Shown: positions 1-12,250, numbered from the stretch's first letter. The stretch: 64,000 bases of DNA from Gekko japonicus (GCF_001447785.1 NW_015170911.1:712138-776137); one strand, 5' to 3'. The notes: generated by a model not told the origin, from the letters alone. Translations and numbers: made by a program.

Positions 1-779
1 ATCCAGGACATTTTAAATAAATGCATCAGCCAACAATGCTGTGTCCTCTAATTTTTAATTAACTAGCTGCCATTAGTACTATGCTCAAGACTACTTTTCA
101 AAAGTTTAGTACACAGCCTAAGTGTGCTGTGCTATTAACCACAGTAGTAGGAAAATATTTCCTAGGCACTGGTTCTGAGAGAACTCTGTCTAAAGCTTCC
201 GGATCCAAAGAGGATTAGAAACAGATGGGAGAATATGGGATTGGAAACTGGCACAACCTCACAAGATAGCCTTCACTCTTAGACAATGCTAAGATGCCAG
301 CCCTGGAACCAGAGGACAATTTATTTGATCTTTGCTTGCTTAATCCGGTGATAAGCTGCCTCTGCCTCCAGCTGTCAGGTAGCAGACACAAGTGACTCAC
401 ATCCTGTTTGGGGGCTCACACACTGACTCATTCGCTATCAGCAGAACACTCCAATGATCTTCCATACCAGGCACTAACAACAGCTAAAAACCAGGAGTTC
501 TGATTCTTTCCTCTATAAGCTGTTACAAGTTCATGGCAAGTCTTAAAAAAAAAACCCCACAACTTTCCCTAGGAAATGTATTCCTCTAGCAAATCACGTT
601 AGGAGTCATATGCCAAAAAAAAAAGTAAAATACTTCTTTGTGCTCGGCTGACTTACTCTCATTATCTCTTAACACCAAATGAATAAATAGTCATAGAACA
701 GGAACACCATGCAAGAACCACATTTACAAAAGTAGTAACTTATCTCAATAACATGTTCGCAGCAGGTGGGAGGGGGGAG

Positions 780-942
780 TGCTGTCAAGTCGCAGCCAAT
801 TTATGGCAATCCCGTAGAGTTTTCCAGGTAAGAGATGTCCAGAGGTGGTTTGCCATTGCCTGCCTCTAAGGAAGGCCAACTTTGCTTAGCTTTCAAGAGC
901 CGAGGGGGATCAGGCTCTGCTGGGCTATCCAGGTCAGGGCTT
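780..942 (-). mobile_element. 5S rRNA-derived SINE (SINE3-type), degenerate copy
   Basis: Reverse complement matches the copies at 11236, 37645 and 44771 (GGCAATGGCAAACCACCTCTG...CATCTCTT..CCT.GAAAAC). Boundaries approximate. Confidence 0.6.
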
Positions 943-1148
943 GCAACGGGTACCAGGTGTTAAGGAAGACACATAAAAACAGATACGAGAGACAGCATAC
1001 TCTGCCACTGTCTATTCTTAGCTACCAACAGGTCTAAGGAAAAGCAGACCTTAGCCTCATTGGTTAATGGTTGTTTGTGTAGTTATGCCAATCGTTTATT
1101 TTTGTTACACCCAAAGCAACTGCCCTCCTGGTGCTCCATGGGCTCTTC

Positions 1149-1211
1149 TCATAGAATCATAGAGCTGGAAGAGATCGCCAGGGTCATCTAGTCCAACCCC
1201 CTGCACAATGC
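1149..1211 (-). mobile_element. CR1 LINE extreme 3' end
   Basis: TCATAGAATCATAGAGCTGGAAG...GGTCATCTAGTCCAACCCCCTGC is the reverse of a CR1 3' end with a (TTCTATGA)n tail. Confidence 0.7.
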
Positions 1212-1554
1212 TCTGGTTCTGTCCCACTTGTGTTCCCTCCAGCCTCAACCAGCCTCAGAAAGACAAGAGTCTCCTAGGATCTTGCTTTCTGGGTTACCTC
1301 ATTGCCTGCAGGTGTCCTAGCCTCCTGTCAACTGAGCACCTCCTCCCTGGCCAGCTTCACGAGCTCTACTTTTACCCACCTCTCCAATCCAAGCCCCTTC
1401 CCCCCCCTCCTGCTTTTCCCCATCCAGTCCACTTGAGTCAAAACCTATTTCTTTCCTCCTCTCTTATTCCTAGCCCTTCCCTCTATTATCCTGTGCACCT
1501 GGCCTAGCTGGTCTCTGCCTCACAAGGATAGCTTCTCCTCACCCGGCTCCCCTA

Positions 1555-1766
1555 AGTTGGAGGAAGCAGCTGCTGTGCTCTGGTTGCAGTTAAGCTCTCC
1601 AAGGGTGTGGCCTTATGACACACTTCCGGTGATGTCAGGGGGTGTGGCATATGCTAATGAGTTATGCTAATGAGTTCCCCTAGCTCTTTTTCTACGAAAT
1701 GACCCCTGAGTTGGAGGAAGCAGCTGCTGTGCTCTGGTTGCAGTTAAGCTCCCCAAGTGTGAGGCC
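1555..1766. repeat. 58-bp direct duplication (1555-1612 / 1709-1766) enclosing a one-ended hAT-type MITE fragment (1613-1708)
   Basis: AGTTGGAGGAAGCAGCTGCTGTGCTCTGGTTGCAGTTAAGCTC.CCAAG occurs twice. The insert has ATGCTAATGAG repeats and ends ...TTTTTCTACGAAATGACCCCTG, a CAGGG-type hAT terminus. Confidence 0.8.
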
Positions 1767-2084
1767 GCCTCTGCTCCAAGAGCCTTGGTGCCTCTGAACA
1801 CTCAAGGTAATAGACTCAGGCCCCTGCAGTGCTTCTAAATTGTTCCCACAGGTAACCAAAAACTGTCCTATGGCAGTGAACCCCTGTGGGAACCATGTGG
1901 CAGACGTAACATGTAGCTGGGTCCTCAGAATCTACTGTGGAAGCATTTGCTTGGAGCTCAATTGACAATGCAAGACCCTTCCAGTGGACAGATTCTCATT
2001 CATTCAAGTTTTTGTACTAGTGACCTTGAGAAAAGAGCAGTGCAGGAACAAACTTGCCTGAAAACCATACCTTTTGAACTGAAT

Positions 2085-2297
2085 ACTTTACCTCCCAGTT
2101 GTATTGAGAAAAGCTGTGGCCAGGAGGAAAACAGATTTGGGATTATTTATTGGTATTTTTCAGACAAGTGTTACATGTTCCCAGACAATAAGCAAACTTT
2201 ACCTCCCAGTTGTATTGAGAAAAGGAGGAAAACAGACTTGGGATTATTTATTGGTATTTTCCAGACAAGTGTTACATGCTCCCAGACAATAAGCAAA
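2085..2297. repeat. Tandem duplication, ~111-bp unit; the second copy lacks ~11 bp
   Basis: ACTTTACCTCCCAGTTGTATTGAGAAAA...CCCAGACAATAAGCAAA starts at 2085 and again at 2196. Confidence 0.9.
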
Positions 2298-3282
2298 AAC
2301 AGACTGTAAGACAGCGGTCCCCAATGTCTATTGATTTTAACTGTAATTATTTATTGTATTTTTAAAGTTTCTGTACATTTGATAGTGATGTACACCGTCC
2401 TGAGCCCTTAGGGGGAGGGCAGTTTATAAATAAAATATAATAATAATTAAAACAACAACATATAAAAGTCCTGGTGCATTTAGAAATTCTTAAAACCAAA
2501 ACGTTTTTAATGTCTTCTTCGAATAAAACAGGGGAGCTGAATCTCCTCGCACAAGCAGAGCTCTCCTGTCTTACTTGCATTTAATTTTAACACTTGCTCG
2601 AAGGGAGAATTTTGAAATATGTTGGGAATTTCATAACATGTTTTTGACTAGAAATGGGAGTCCAAATTAAATTTTGAATATCAGCTTTCTTTGGCTCTGC
2701 TTTGCTTTCCTCATGGCGACTGCAGTTACACTTTTTGTCGAGAACTGGATCCTACCCACCCAGGCTTAAAATTAAACCTTGATTTGCGCTATCCAGTGGC
2801 CCTATAGGGGGAAAAAACCCTTTGAACAAGGAGGGTTTAATTTTTATGCACTAGGTAATAATGTAATGTTAACAATTTCTCTGCTTATGCCACACATACA
2901 AGTACCATTTTTTTTCCTTAACAGCTCCAGTAATATCATTTCTTTGATATAAACAAAGAGACAGGATACAAGATTTTGTTATAAGGGAATGTTATTAACA
3001 CAGCACTAGGTTAGGAAACAGTGAAGTCTTCAGTTTTGCTAATATGGAACTGAAGAAAAACATTCTTTAGGCATTCTTTATGTTCTGACAACACACTGGG
3101 GAAATGACTGCTCAACCAGTTTGGTAAACCAAAAATATGAACTGATGGTTTCCCCGGAGTACTAAACTCTCATTACCATCACATCATGTCTGAGGGAAGA
3201 CTCTAGCAAAGGAAAAAAACATTATGGGGGAAAAGTATCTTTTTCAAAGACAGAACTATAATTTTTTTTGCTAAAGTTGTAC

Positions 3283-3434
3283 CTTTGTAGGTTCATAGTC
3301 AGCTTGCCCGAGCAGGTCTTGATCTTGTTCTGGGCTTCCAGATGAGTCATGCCATCCGCACTTATACCATCAATACTAAGAACCACATCACCTATTCCCA
3401 CGTTTGCATTGGCAGCTTTGCCTCCTTCACTCAA
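3283..3434 (-). CDS. PDLIM5: PDLIM5 exon 3 (C-terminal part of the PDZ domain), 152 nt
   Basis: Translates LSEGGKAANANVGIGDVVLSIDGISADGMTHLEAQNKIKTCSGKLTMNLQ(R). Acceptor ...GATCCTGCAG|TTG and donor AAAG|GTACAA. Phase 0 start matches the end of exon 2. The MTHLEAQNKIK motif is typical of ENH/ZASP PDZ domains. Confidence 0.95.
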
Positions 3435-5004
3435 CTGCAGGATCACAAAGGCAAAAGATTAAGCATTAGTCATTTCAATTACCTTCCAAGAACCAAAAAA
3501 CAAAATGGTCTTTGGCACTGTGAACATTGACAACATTACTGTGGACTTATTTTGGTGAACCAGAACCCGCTTTTTGAGATACATAAAACTGAAGCCCATT
3601 TGACAAAGTAGGCTATGGCTCAGGAAAGCTTGTGCCACAACAAATTTGTTAGTCTTTGCTGTGCCACAAGAGTATTATTTTGACTGCAGGAGACTCAAAC
3701 AACTATCTCTCTGAAGTGTGTCCGTCAAGACTTAACAGCACCTGGGCAAGGTTTCAAGCGATGTTCTTACACTTCTTCTCAAAGGTTAAGTCATGTGACC
3801 TCACTGGAGAATGGCAGCCACTCCAGTAGACGCTGGAATTCACAGATCCAGCTCCATGCAAATATGGAGGCAGGATGTGTGTGCCTGGTCCATGCCAAGA
3901 CCAGCTCTCAGCACACACAGGGCAACAACCCAAACCTCAACTAGCTCCATCTCATATCTGCCCATGGAAAAAAACTCATGTTTTGAGAAATGTGAATGCA
4001 GAATTCTTCATGCATTGTGGCCCTGGGAGCAACAGCACAACATGCAACAAAACAGATAAAGGGGTCAGAGACATGATAAAATCTGATGCTATAAAATCTG
4101 ATGCTATAATCAGCATGATACGCTATGCATCCTTGTACTTACTGGTCTCCACAGCAGTTGCGAGCTATAACTGGAAGTTCAAACCATAACATAGCTGAAG
4201 ACAGTGGACTGGATCTTATCTCCCTCTCACCAAAGCTTCTTCCAACACAAGAAGACTTCCCTCGACAAAGAAAGGCTTTTATCCATCAGAAAGGCTTTTA
4301 TCCTCCATTGAAGGCTGTCTTATTCCCTTGAGGGAAGCCTCAGCAGAGGAAAATCAGAAGATCTAGTGAAGGGAGGCACAGTTGGATTCTGTCCAATTCT
4401 GTGCACAGAAGAGTAGCTTCCCCACCTCCTCCCAACTGAAGCAGCTCAAAATGCCACCTGAAATGTTGCTCCTGGTTGGGAAGGTCTGCTGTGTGTGTGG
4501 GGGGGGGGCATCCCCTCCACTTGTGTGTGAGGATCTGTTTAATAGAATCCAACCCAGCATCTTTACTAGTTAGGTATATTACAGCCATCCCAGAAAAAAA
4601 TAGGTCTGGTAAAATAAATGGTTTGAGAACAACTCAGAGAAAATAAAATGTCTTACCAACAAGGAGAAACACAATACACACCCTAATTTTCAGCGTATGC
4701 TTAATTTGTATGCTGCCTCTATTACATATCACAGCTAGCTAAAATCAAGTTTCTAAACATAACTATTTTCTTCATTCTCGGATTATTAATCTAATTGTTT
4801 TATTTATACTAGAATGTATCCAATGTTTCCATGAATGCGAGTGTTTATCAGCTTTCCCTGCCTCCAAGAAGCCATCACTGAGGTTGGATGGATCCTCCAG
4901 AACCCTTCATGTGGGCCGGGGAGAGTGCCAGTAGAAGTTGCCCTGAGAAAGGACTCAAGTTTGTGAAGCTTGCTCTGCCCACGGAAGAATGACAGAACAC
5001 AATT

Positions 5005-5155
5005 CGAGTCCAGTAGCACCTTAAAGACTAACAAGATGAAGGGAGCTTTGACTCTCAAAAACTTATACCCCAAACATCGTGTTGGTCTCTCAAGGTACTA
5101 CGAGACTTGAACATAGCTCTTCTACTGCAGGCCAACATGGCAACCCTCTGAAACT
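5005..5155. mobile_element. Short Penelope-terminal-repeat-derived inverted (foldback) relic
   Basis: GAGTCCAGTAGCACCTTAAAGACTAACAA followed by its degenerate reverse complement. The same motif flanks the GIY-YIG fragment at 54.1-54.6 kb. Related relics lie at ~17430-17590, 48590-48655 and 55245-55560. Confidence 0.6.
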
Positions 5156-6285
5156 AATTCCTACCAAGTCCTTCTTGGTGCAGTGGCTAGGTGGGGAGGG
5201 CAGGGGAGGCTTGGAGCAGAAGAAACTGATTTTAAAAAACCGTCCTGTACTCGGTTCACGGAAAAACTGCACCCACTCCACGCAGCCAAAAGTACAGCTA
5301 CGTTTAAATTTTACCTGTATCACATTCTTAAATTTTCTATTCACGGAAAGCAGGAATTGGAATTATAGACAGGGTGAGAAAATAAAAACCTGAGGTTTCC
5401 CCACCACATAGAACACCAGACAGTCTGGAAAGCTCATTTAATAGACAGCGAGATGACAGTATTAAATCACATCAACTTGTCGAACTATCACTGGGCTCCT
5501 CCCCACATATTTTCCCCTTGTGCTTCTGGAGCCACTTTGGAATCATCAAAGCATAGCTCTTGTAGCACAGAGATGCCAAAAGCATTTTAATGTCTGTTAA
5601 ACACTTTAAACATGATTAGAATTCTGTATAGACAGAAGCTACTAAAATAGTAATGCTACTGAACCCCCGGTAATTTACCAACAGGAAGCAAAAGCCTGGT
5701 TCACACACCTCTGTGTGAACCAGAGTTTACTCACATGACTTTGCATAGAACTATCTGACATGTACAGACCTGGACAAAAAAGAGAGCAAATTCCGAATAA
5801 GGCCAGTGTTTCTTGCCTGCAGAAATTTTTTAAAAGCACACTAAAATGATTACTCAACTGCAAATGAATGGATGGCATCACCTTTGAGAATACATATAAA
5901 ACTGCGAAAGAATATAGAGATGGAAAGAACAGGTTATCCTTTCCACTCAGCCTGCCAAGATGGGATTATTCTCTACTGTTAAATTCTTGAATGCTTCTCT
6001 TCTGTCTAGTTTCAAGTGCCTCACAGCATGGGCTTCCATAGCTTTCGCTAAAATTTATTACACTGCCACTACATAGACCTCACTGTTGAGAAATTAATTA
6101 TCCCTGCCCCATTCACATAAGAGAGCATTCAGACTTTAAAGAGGGAAAAACCTTTCCATTGCTCACATTTCCATCCATTACTTCTAGTCATTAACCCATA
6201 ATTCACATTCCTGCGATAAGTTATAGAAACCTTGGTTTCTGTTCTTACCCAATATATTTTAAATTCCTGTTTGAATCTAGTATAA

Positions 6286-6569
6286 AAAGGTAAAGGTTCC
6301 CTTGCTCGAAAGCCAGTCAAATCCGACTCTATGGTTGCGGTGCTCATCTCCGTTTCAAAGCCGAAGAGCCAGCGCTGTCCAAAGACGTTTCCGTGGTCAT
6401 GTGGCCGGCATGACTAAACACCAAGGCGCACGGAACGCTGGTCATGCCGGCCACATGACCACGGAAACATCTTCGGACAGCGCTGGCTCTTTGGCTTTGA
6501 AACGGAGATGAGCATCGCAACCCTAGAGTTGGATTCGACTGGCTTTCGAGCAAGGGAACCTTTACCTTT
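6286..6569. mobile_element. Two Sauria SINE 3' fragments joined head-to-head (inverted repeat; arms 6286-6414 and 6441-6569)
   Basis: Each arm ends outward in the Sauria (ACCTTT)n tail. The arms are reverse complements with about 7 mismatches. Mirrored ORFs 6302-6511(+) and 6344-6553(-) confirm this. Confidence 0.9.
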
Positions 6570-7250
6570 ACCTTTATATATTAATTAACATTTCTTTATA
6601 TAGACTTGTAATAATTAAAAGCTTCTCTCTCATATTCATCTTCATGCAAGGACAGAAGCACATCTGAACACCCAATTAGTTTGGCTTGTGCCGTGTTCAC
6701 CAGTTTCAGAGACACAATTTTTTTACAATCAGTTCAATCGTTCTACCTGTTTGTGAGTGTTCGACAGGCTGCTTCCCTGTATTCCTTACTACCCACACAG
6801 TATAGTGCAGTTGGTTTTTAGCACACGCTGGTTCTCATACAGCCCAATTGAGGTCTGTTACCTCCCCATCTTTGTTTCATAACTGCTATGCTCAGCAGAC
6901 AATTATTTAAATAGACTCAAGAATCATACAGATCAGATATTACCAAATACTAAGTAACAATAAAATCCTACCCCTGAGTGTTTGGCTAAGTAGTCTTCAG
7001 TGACACTAATGGCTGCCAATTGGTTTGAATCGGCAGCATCCTTGCACATGTCCAGTTGAGGGAGAATCTGATGCAAACCAGTTTGGCAGGCATTTGCAGC
7101 TGCTCGACACAAACTGAAGAGATAAAGTGATCGGCTCACATCTGACTGCTTCCTTTGAACACAGCAAACAACCATCAAGCATGTTCGAAGCGAAATTTGC
7201 AGCAACTGTCAGAGATGTCTGTGTCCAACAGGACACGATGACGTTTCAGA

Positions 7251-7545
7251 GGCTGATTTCGCACTAGAGCTGCCTCGATGTTGCGCCGCCGTTTGCCCCG
7301 ATACTATTGGTCAATTGCCCGATTTCCGTTTGCCCCGATTTCCGTTTGCCCCGATACTATTGGTCAACTGCCCGATTTCCTCCACAGTTTCGTGATCCTC
7401 AAAAAACAGGATCACGAAACTGCGGGGGGAATCGGGTGAAGTCGCGAGTCAAAATGCAGCCCCACAGCTTCGGGTGCGAAATTGGCCAATAGTATCAGGG
7501 CAAACGGCGGCGCAACATCGAGGCAGCTCTAGTGCGAAATCAGTC
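7251..7545. mobile_element. Palindromic MITE, probably PIF/Harbinger-type
   Basis: ~60-bp TIRs (GGCTGATTTCGCACTAGAGCTGCCTCGATGTTGCGCCGCCGTTTGCCC... and its reverse complement), AGA on both flanks (3-bp TSD), an internal hairpin GTTTCGTGATCCT/AGGATCACGAAAC, and high CpG content. Confidence 0.8.
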
Positions 7546-8192
7546 AGAGTCTCTGTAAAGCAGAATTACTTTGGCATGCTTCCAGTTCATGATATCGCCT
7601 TGTTGTGAAGTACAGCTGGCTTGTGGGTATTACAATATTTGCAGAGACACCTACAGTTTTAGGAATGGGATTAGACTGGTCATATATTTGTATTATTTTA
7701 TACGATTCTACAAGGTGCTATTGGATATTTATTATATTTCTGCATCTATTTTACTTGATATAATTGATGTACCTGTTTTAATTGATGTAATTGTTCATTC
7801 ACATAAACTGCTTCAAGCTCTTAGCCAAAGAGAAGCAGTATAAAAATAAATACATAATTTGAAAAATCCCTAACCTGAACAGTGACTTCAAAAGATTAAA
7901 CCAATGCCACAAAGCCCTTGGGTTCCAAACGAAAACAGGTAATAGAAGCCCCATGTTGCCAAGCTGAATGATTTCAGGACAGACATGTGTGTGTGTATAT
8001 TGCTGCACATTATACTGCAGTTTGGCCACCCCTGGCCTAGAACATCCCTGACAAAGGTTTGTCCAGCTGCTGCTTAAAAACGATAGAGTGAGGTGGCATG
8101 CAATATGAAAGACCTTGAGACCTTGGTGAGCCACTGCCAATACTGACTTTAACCGAACAGTGGTCTGATTCATGTGCCCAAAAAATGTAGTA

Positions 8193-8516
8193 AAAGGTAA
8201 AGGTTTCCTTGCTCGAAAGTCAGTCGAATCCGACTCTAGGGTTGCGGTGCTCATCTCCATTTCAAAGCCGAAGAGCCAGCGCTGTCCGAAGACGTTTCTG
8301 TGGTCATGTGGCCGGCATGACTAAACACCAAGGCGCACAGAACGCTGTTACCTTCCCACTGAAGTGGTACCTATTTATCTACTTGCAATTTCTTGCTTTC
8401 GAACTGCTAAGGTTGGCAGGAGCTGGAACTAGAGATGGGAGCTCACTCCGTCATGCGGCACCCAGGTCTTGAACTGCTGAACTACCGACCTTCCACAGCC
8501 TGCAGTTCAGCGTCTT
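8193..8516 (-). mobile_element. Sauria SINE, near full length
   Basis: AAAGGTAAAGG tail and CCGTGGTCATGTGGCCGGCATGACT-type core with GGTACCTATTTATCTACTTGC. Collinear with the copy at 50303. Confidence 0.9.
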
Positions 8517-10323
8517 AGTAGTGTTCTGCAAATGCAGTTACACATACAATCCTGGGGCACAGGCTTACAACTAATCAGGGGAGGCCAAACATTTTTGGCA
8601 TGAAGGCAATCCCTTACTGAATTTAAAACTCCCTCAGATTTGACAGAACATTGTACATAAAATCTGTAGGTAAATCATAAAAACCACACAAATGATATGT
8701 TTGCTACTTTTATTTAACTATACCCTATCAATAGAAGAGGTCTACTAACGTGACCTTTCATGCATCAATGCTAAGAAGCTAAACTTTCTAGTCAAGATCA
8801 CAGTTCTATAAGTGTATCTTCTTACTCAGCCAAGAAATTAGAATGCAAGAAGTGTATTTTGAAATTGGCATGGCATGGCATGGCATGTGTCTGATGGCAT
8901 TACAGTACAAGCTAATGTCATGTACATTTTCATGCTAGGCTCTTGAGCAGCACCCAATATAACACGCTGACACAAATTATGAACTGTTGAATGCCAAAAC
9001 CAACAGCACTCCATTTCTGCAACACCTTCCAGCCAACAAGGAAACCAGTTACTTTTCCAACCGATCTGTTCATCTATGATTCATTGGGCATCACTGAAGT
9101 CTGAAATAACCTGACTGTTTTAGTCAGAGGAGAGAGTCAACCAGTTTTTACTGTTTAAGTTGTTTGTTACTACGCAACCATTGCATCTTTTTGGAAACAG
9201 GTTCACCAAAATATTCTTTTGATTACAGGTGTAAAGTTAAATTATCTTCCTGAGGTTTTTTAATTGGAATACCAACCCCCCCAGTAGGAAATAAAGAGCA
9301 TCATGAACTAATCTCTATTTTACTTTCTACAGCAAGAAATATAGTTGAGCTGCCCGTTGGAAAAAGCCTTTGCCACCCCACATCGATACTTGGTTAAGTC
9401 GTATTTGGTATTATTTGTTATGGCAAAGGTTACCATTGGCACTATTGCAACCATACTCTGAGAAAGCTTATAATAATTTTGTGGCAACCTGGTTCCCTCT
9501 AATGTACTTTTTGTCTGAACAGGATATCATTCCGAACAACCCAATTTACACAGATTCAATTTCCTTCTAGTTTTTGCTTGGCTACCTATTTTTTTGTTGT
9601 TGTTGTTGAAGGTTGACTGTTTTGATGTTTAATTGGTTTACCTGTATTTGGATGGGCTAGTGTGCGGTTTTTCTTGTATGGGATTCATATAATAAATGAG
9701 TAATTTTTTTAAAAAAAGTTTTGTTACTACTCACTTTGGCTCTCAGATTTCTGAGAGAAAGGGAGGCTAATAGGTATTTCAAATAAACAAAATTGATAGG
9801 TCAGTCTTCAGTATGCCTCAAATTGATTGGAACCTGTTGTCTGGCTGCATTGGTTCCAAATTCCATTCATAGAATAGAACACAGCTACATTACATATTAA
9901 ACTTTATCATTTTCTTCTAGTTGAATCTTGCATTCTGTCATTTATAGGACTGGAGAAGTATTCTTTAAAGATACATTACCTCCATTTCAAGGTCTTCCCA
10001 AGCAGTATGTTTTTCAGGCATTGCCACTTCCAAGCAACACCAGCAAAATATTCATTAAAATATGCTTCCTTTCCCACTATCAGCAATGACTCAAGGCAGC
10101 TTACAAATGACTGTGTAAGCCAAAGCCACGCAAGCATATTAAGACCATTATTACCAAGACATAAAATGTCTCTATGCACAACTCCACTATGAGTACTCAC
10201 TTGCACAAAGATCACTTTGATTTAGTTCAATTGCCCTCAAAAGACTACTTCATCAGTGAGGCTTCACAGTGCCTTTGGATCTGTATCAGAGAAGAAACCC
10301 TCTGCTGGGAGAGTGTGCTGTAG

Positions 10324-11222
10324 TGGTTAAGTGCTTGGACTCTAATCTGGGAGAACCGGGTTTGATTCCCCACTTGCAGCTGCTGGATGACCTTGGGCAA
10401 GTCATAGATCTGGCACAGCTGTTCTTGAAAAAGAGCAGTTTCTGTCAGAGGTCTCTCAGCCCCATCTTCCTCAGAGGGCATCTGTTGTGGGGAGGGGAAG
10501 GGAAAGGAGTTTGTAAGCCGCTCTGAGACACCTTTGGGTTGTGAAGGGGGGGGTATAAATCCAATCTCTTCTCTCTCTTCTCTTCTATAGAACAGAGGCT
10601 CAGTAATATGTGGAAACTGTGGCAGATCTCATGGACTTCAGCTACAGGACAACTGCAAGAAGGCTCCAGGGAGATCGAAGTTGGCTTACATACAGAATTA
10701 AGCTTCGTTGGTCTTAAGGGTTCCACTGGACTCAGACTTTGTTCCCAGGCCCCCTCCGGGCCCTGTAAGATTGCTTGGTTAAGTGCTTGGACTCTAATCT
10801 GGGAGAACCGGGTTTGATTCCCCACTTGCAGCTGCTGGATGACCTTGGGCAAGTCATAGTTCTGGCACAGCTGTTCTTGAAAAAGAGCAGTTTCTGTCAG
10901 AGGTCTCTCAGCCCCATTTTCCTCAGAGGGCATCTGTTGTGGGGAGGGGAAGGGAAAGGAGTTTGTAAGCCGCTCTGAGACACCTTTGGGTTGTGAAGGG
11001 CGGGGTATAAATCCAATCTCTTCTCTCTCTTCTCTTCTATAGAACAGAGGCTCAGTAATACGTGCAAACTGTGGAAGATCTCATGGACTTCAGCTACAGG
11101 ACAACTGCAAGAAGGCTCCAGGGAGATCGAAGTCGGCCTACATACAGAATTAAGCTTCGTTGGTCTTAAAGGTTCCACTGGACTCAGACTTTGTTCCCAG
11201 GCCCCCTCCAGGCCCTGTAAGA
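10324..11222. repeat. 447-bp tandem duplication (10324-10770 and 10776-11222) containing a Squam3-like tRNA SINE plus flanking DNA
   Basis: Near-identical units with a 452-bp period and a TTGCT spacer. Duplicated ORFs appear in the track at an offset of 452. Confidence 0.95.
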
Positions 11223-11235
11223 AGGTAACTGGAAA

Positions 11236-11425
11236 AAGGCTGGTCCAGGCTAACCTGACCTCAGAAGCTAAGCAAGGTCGGCCTTGGTTAATATTTGGAC
11301 GGAAGACTACCAAGGAATACCAGGGTTGCTATGCAGAGGCAGATAATAACAAACCACCTCTGAATGTCTCTTGCCTTGAAAGCCCTATAGGGTCACCATG
11401 AGTCAGAGGCACTTTGCACCACCAG
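11236..11425 (+). mobile_element. 5S rRNA-derived SINE
   Basis: CTCAGAAGCTAAGCAAGGTCGGCCTTGGTTAATATTTGGACGGAAGAC..CAAGGAATACC resembles the 5S internal control region, followed by the shared non-5S body. Confidence 0.7.
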
Positions 11426-12029
11426 AACAGATGGCATGTACTTTTTAAGGTGACATCAAAATATGAACCTGGGATGGGGGTGGAAAGTAAGCATCAAGCC
11501 TTGGTGCAAAAAAAGACAGGCCCTCAGTAGTCTTTAAACAAAGACAAAAGTGTGCAGTGAGAAAAGTCATGATACAGTATGCATTTCTGCAGTACTGAGA
11601 ATTACAGTCCAAGCAGAAATCTCAGAAGCTGCCTCACTGAAGAGCAACACACTAGTTAAGCCTATTAGACATCATTATTGACAATTCTGAGGGGAAAAGC
11701 TAACCGAATTTGGCCCGTAGTAATTAATACATCCCAAATACAATTCACATATCTGGGAGTAGTAAAATGTCACACACACACACACACCCAAAAAGTGGTG
11801 CCAGAAATCAACATGTTTTCAACATCCAGAACCTGCTTCAAACACCAAAAGCCTAGGTATGCACTTTGCTATGAGGTGGAATTTTTACCCCCCCCCCATT
11901 CTGCATATTTAATAAATCTGCATATTTAATAACTTGCATATGTAATAACTTGATTCCGTGTGGTGGAATGTCATCAGGTAATCTCTCTGCAAAGAGGGAG
12001 GTGCTCTCGCTCTCCAATATTTTTATTTA

Positions 12030-12250
12030 TTTTACATATAATTAATCCGTACCCTGCCTTTTCCCCCAGTGGTGACTCCATGAGGCTTGCACCATTCCCC
12101 CCTCCTCCAATTTATCCTCACAAAAGGTAGGTTAGGCTGAGAATGTGTGAATGGCCCGAGGTCATTGAGCAAGCTTCCACAGCACAAGCGGGGATCTGAA
12201 TCCTTGGTTCCCAGATACTAGTCCAACTCTCTTAACCACCACACTGGCTT
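12030..12250 (-). mobile_element. Squam/tRNA-derived SINE, degenerate
   Basis: AGGTAGGTTAGGCTGAGA...GGCCCGAGGTCA...GCAAGCTTCC...CTTAACCACCACACTGGCT. Similar copies lie at ~40345-40560, 47465-47560, 52750-52950 and 59410-59545. Confidence 0.6.

Noticed and set aside
3222-3446. 74-aa ORF as a standalone gene
   Set aside because: Only 3283-3434 is exonic. The flanking residues are intron read-through beyond the AG/GT sites.
10245-11313. Repeated ORFs suggesting a duplicated small gene
   Set aside because: They are translations of a SINE inside a tandem duplication.
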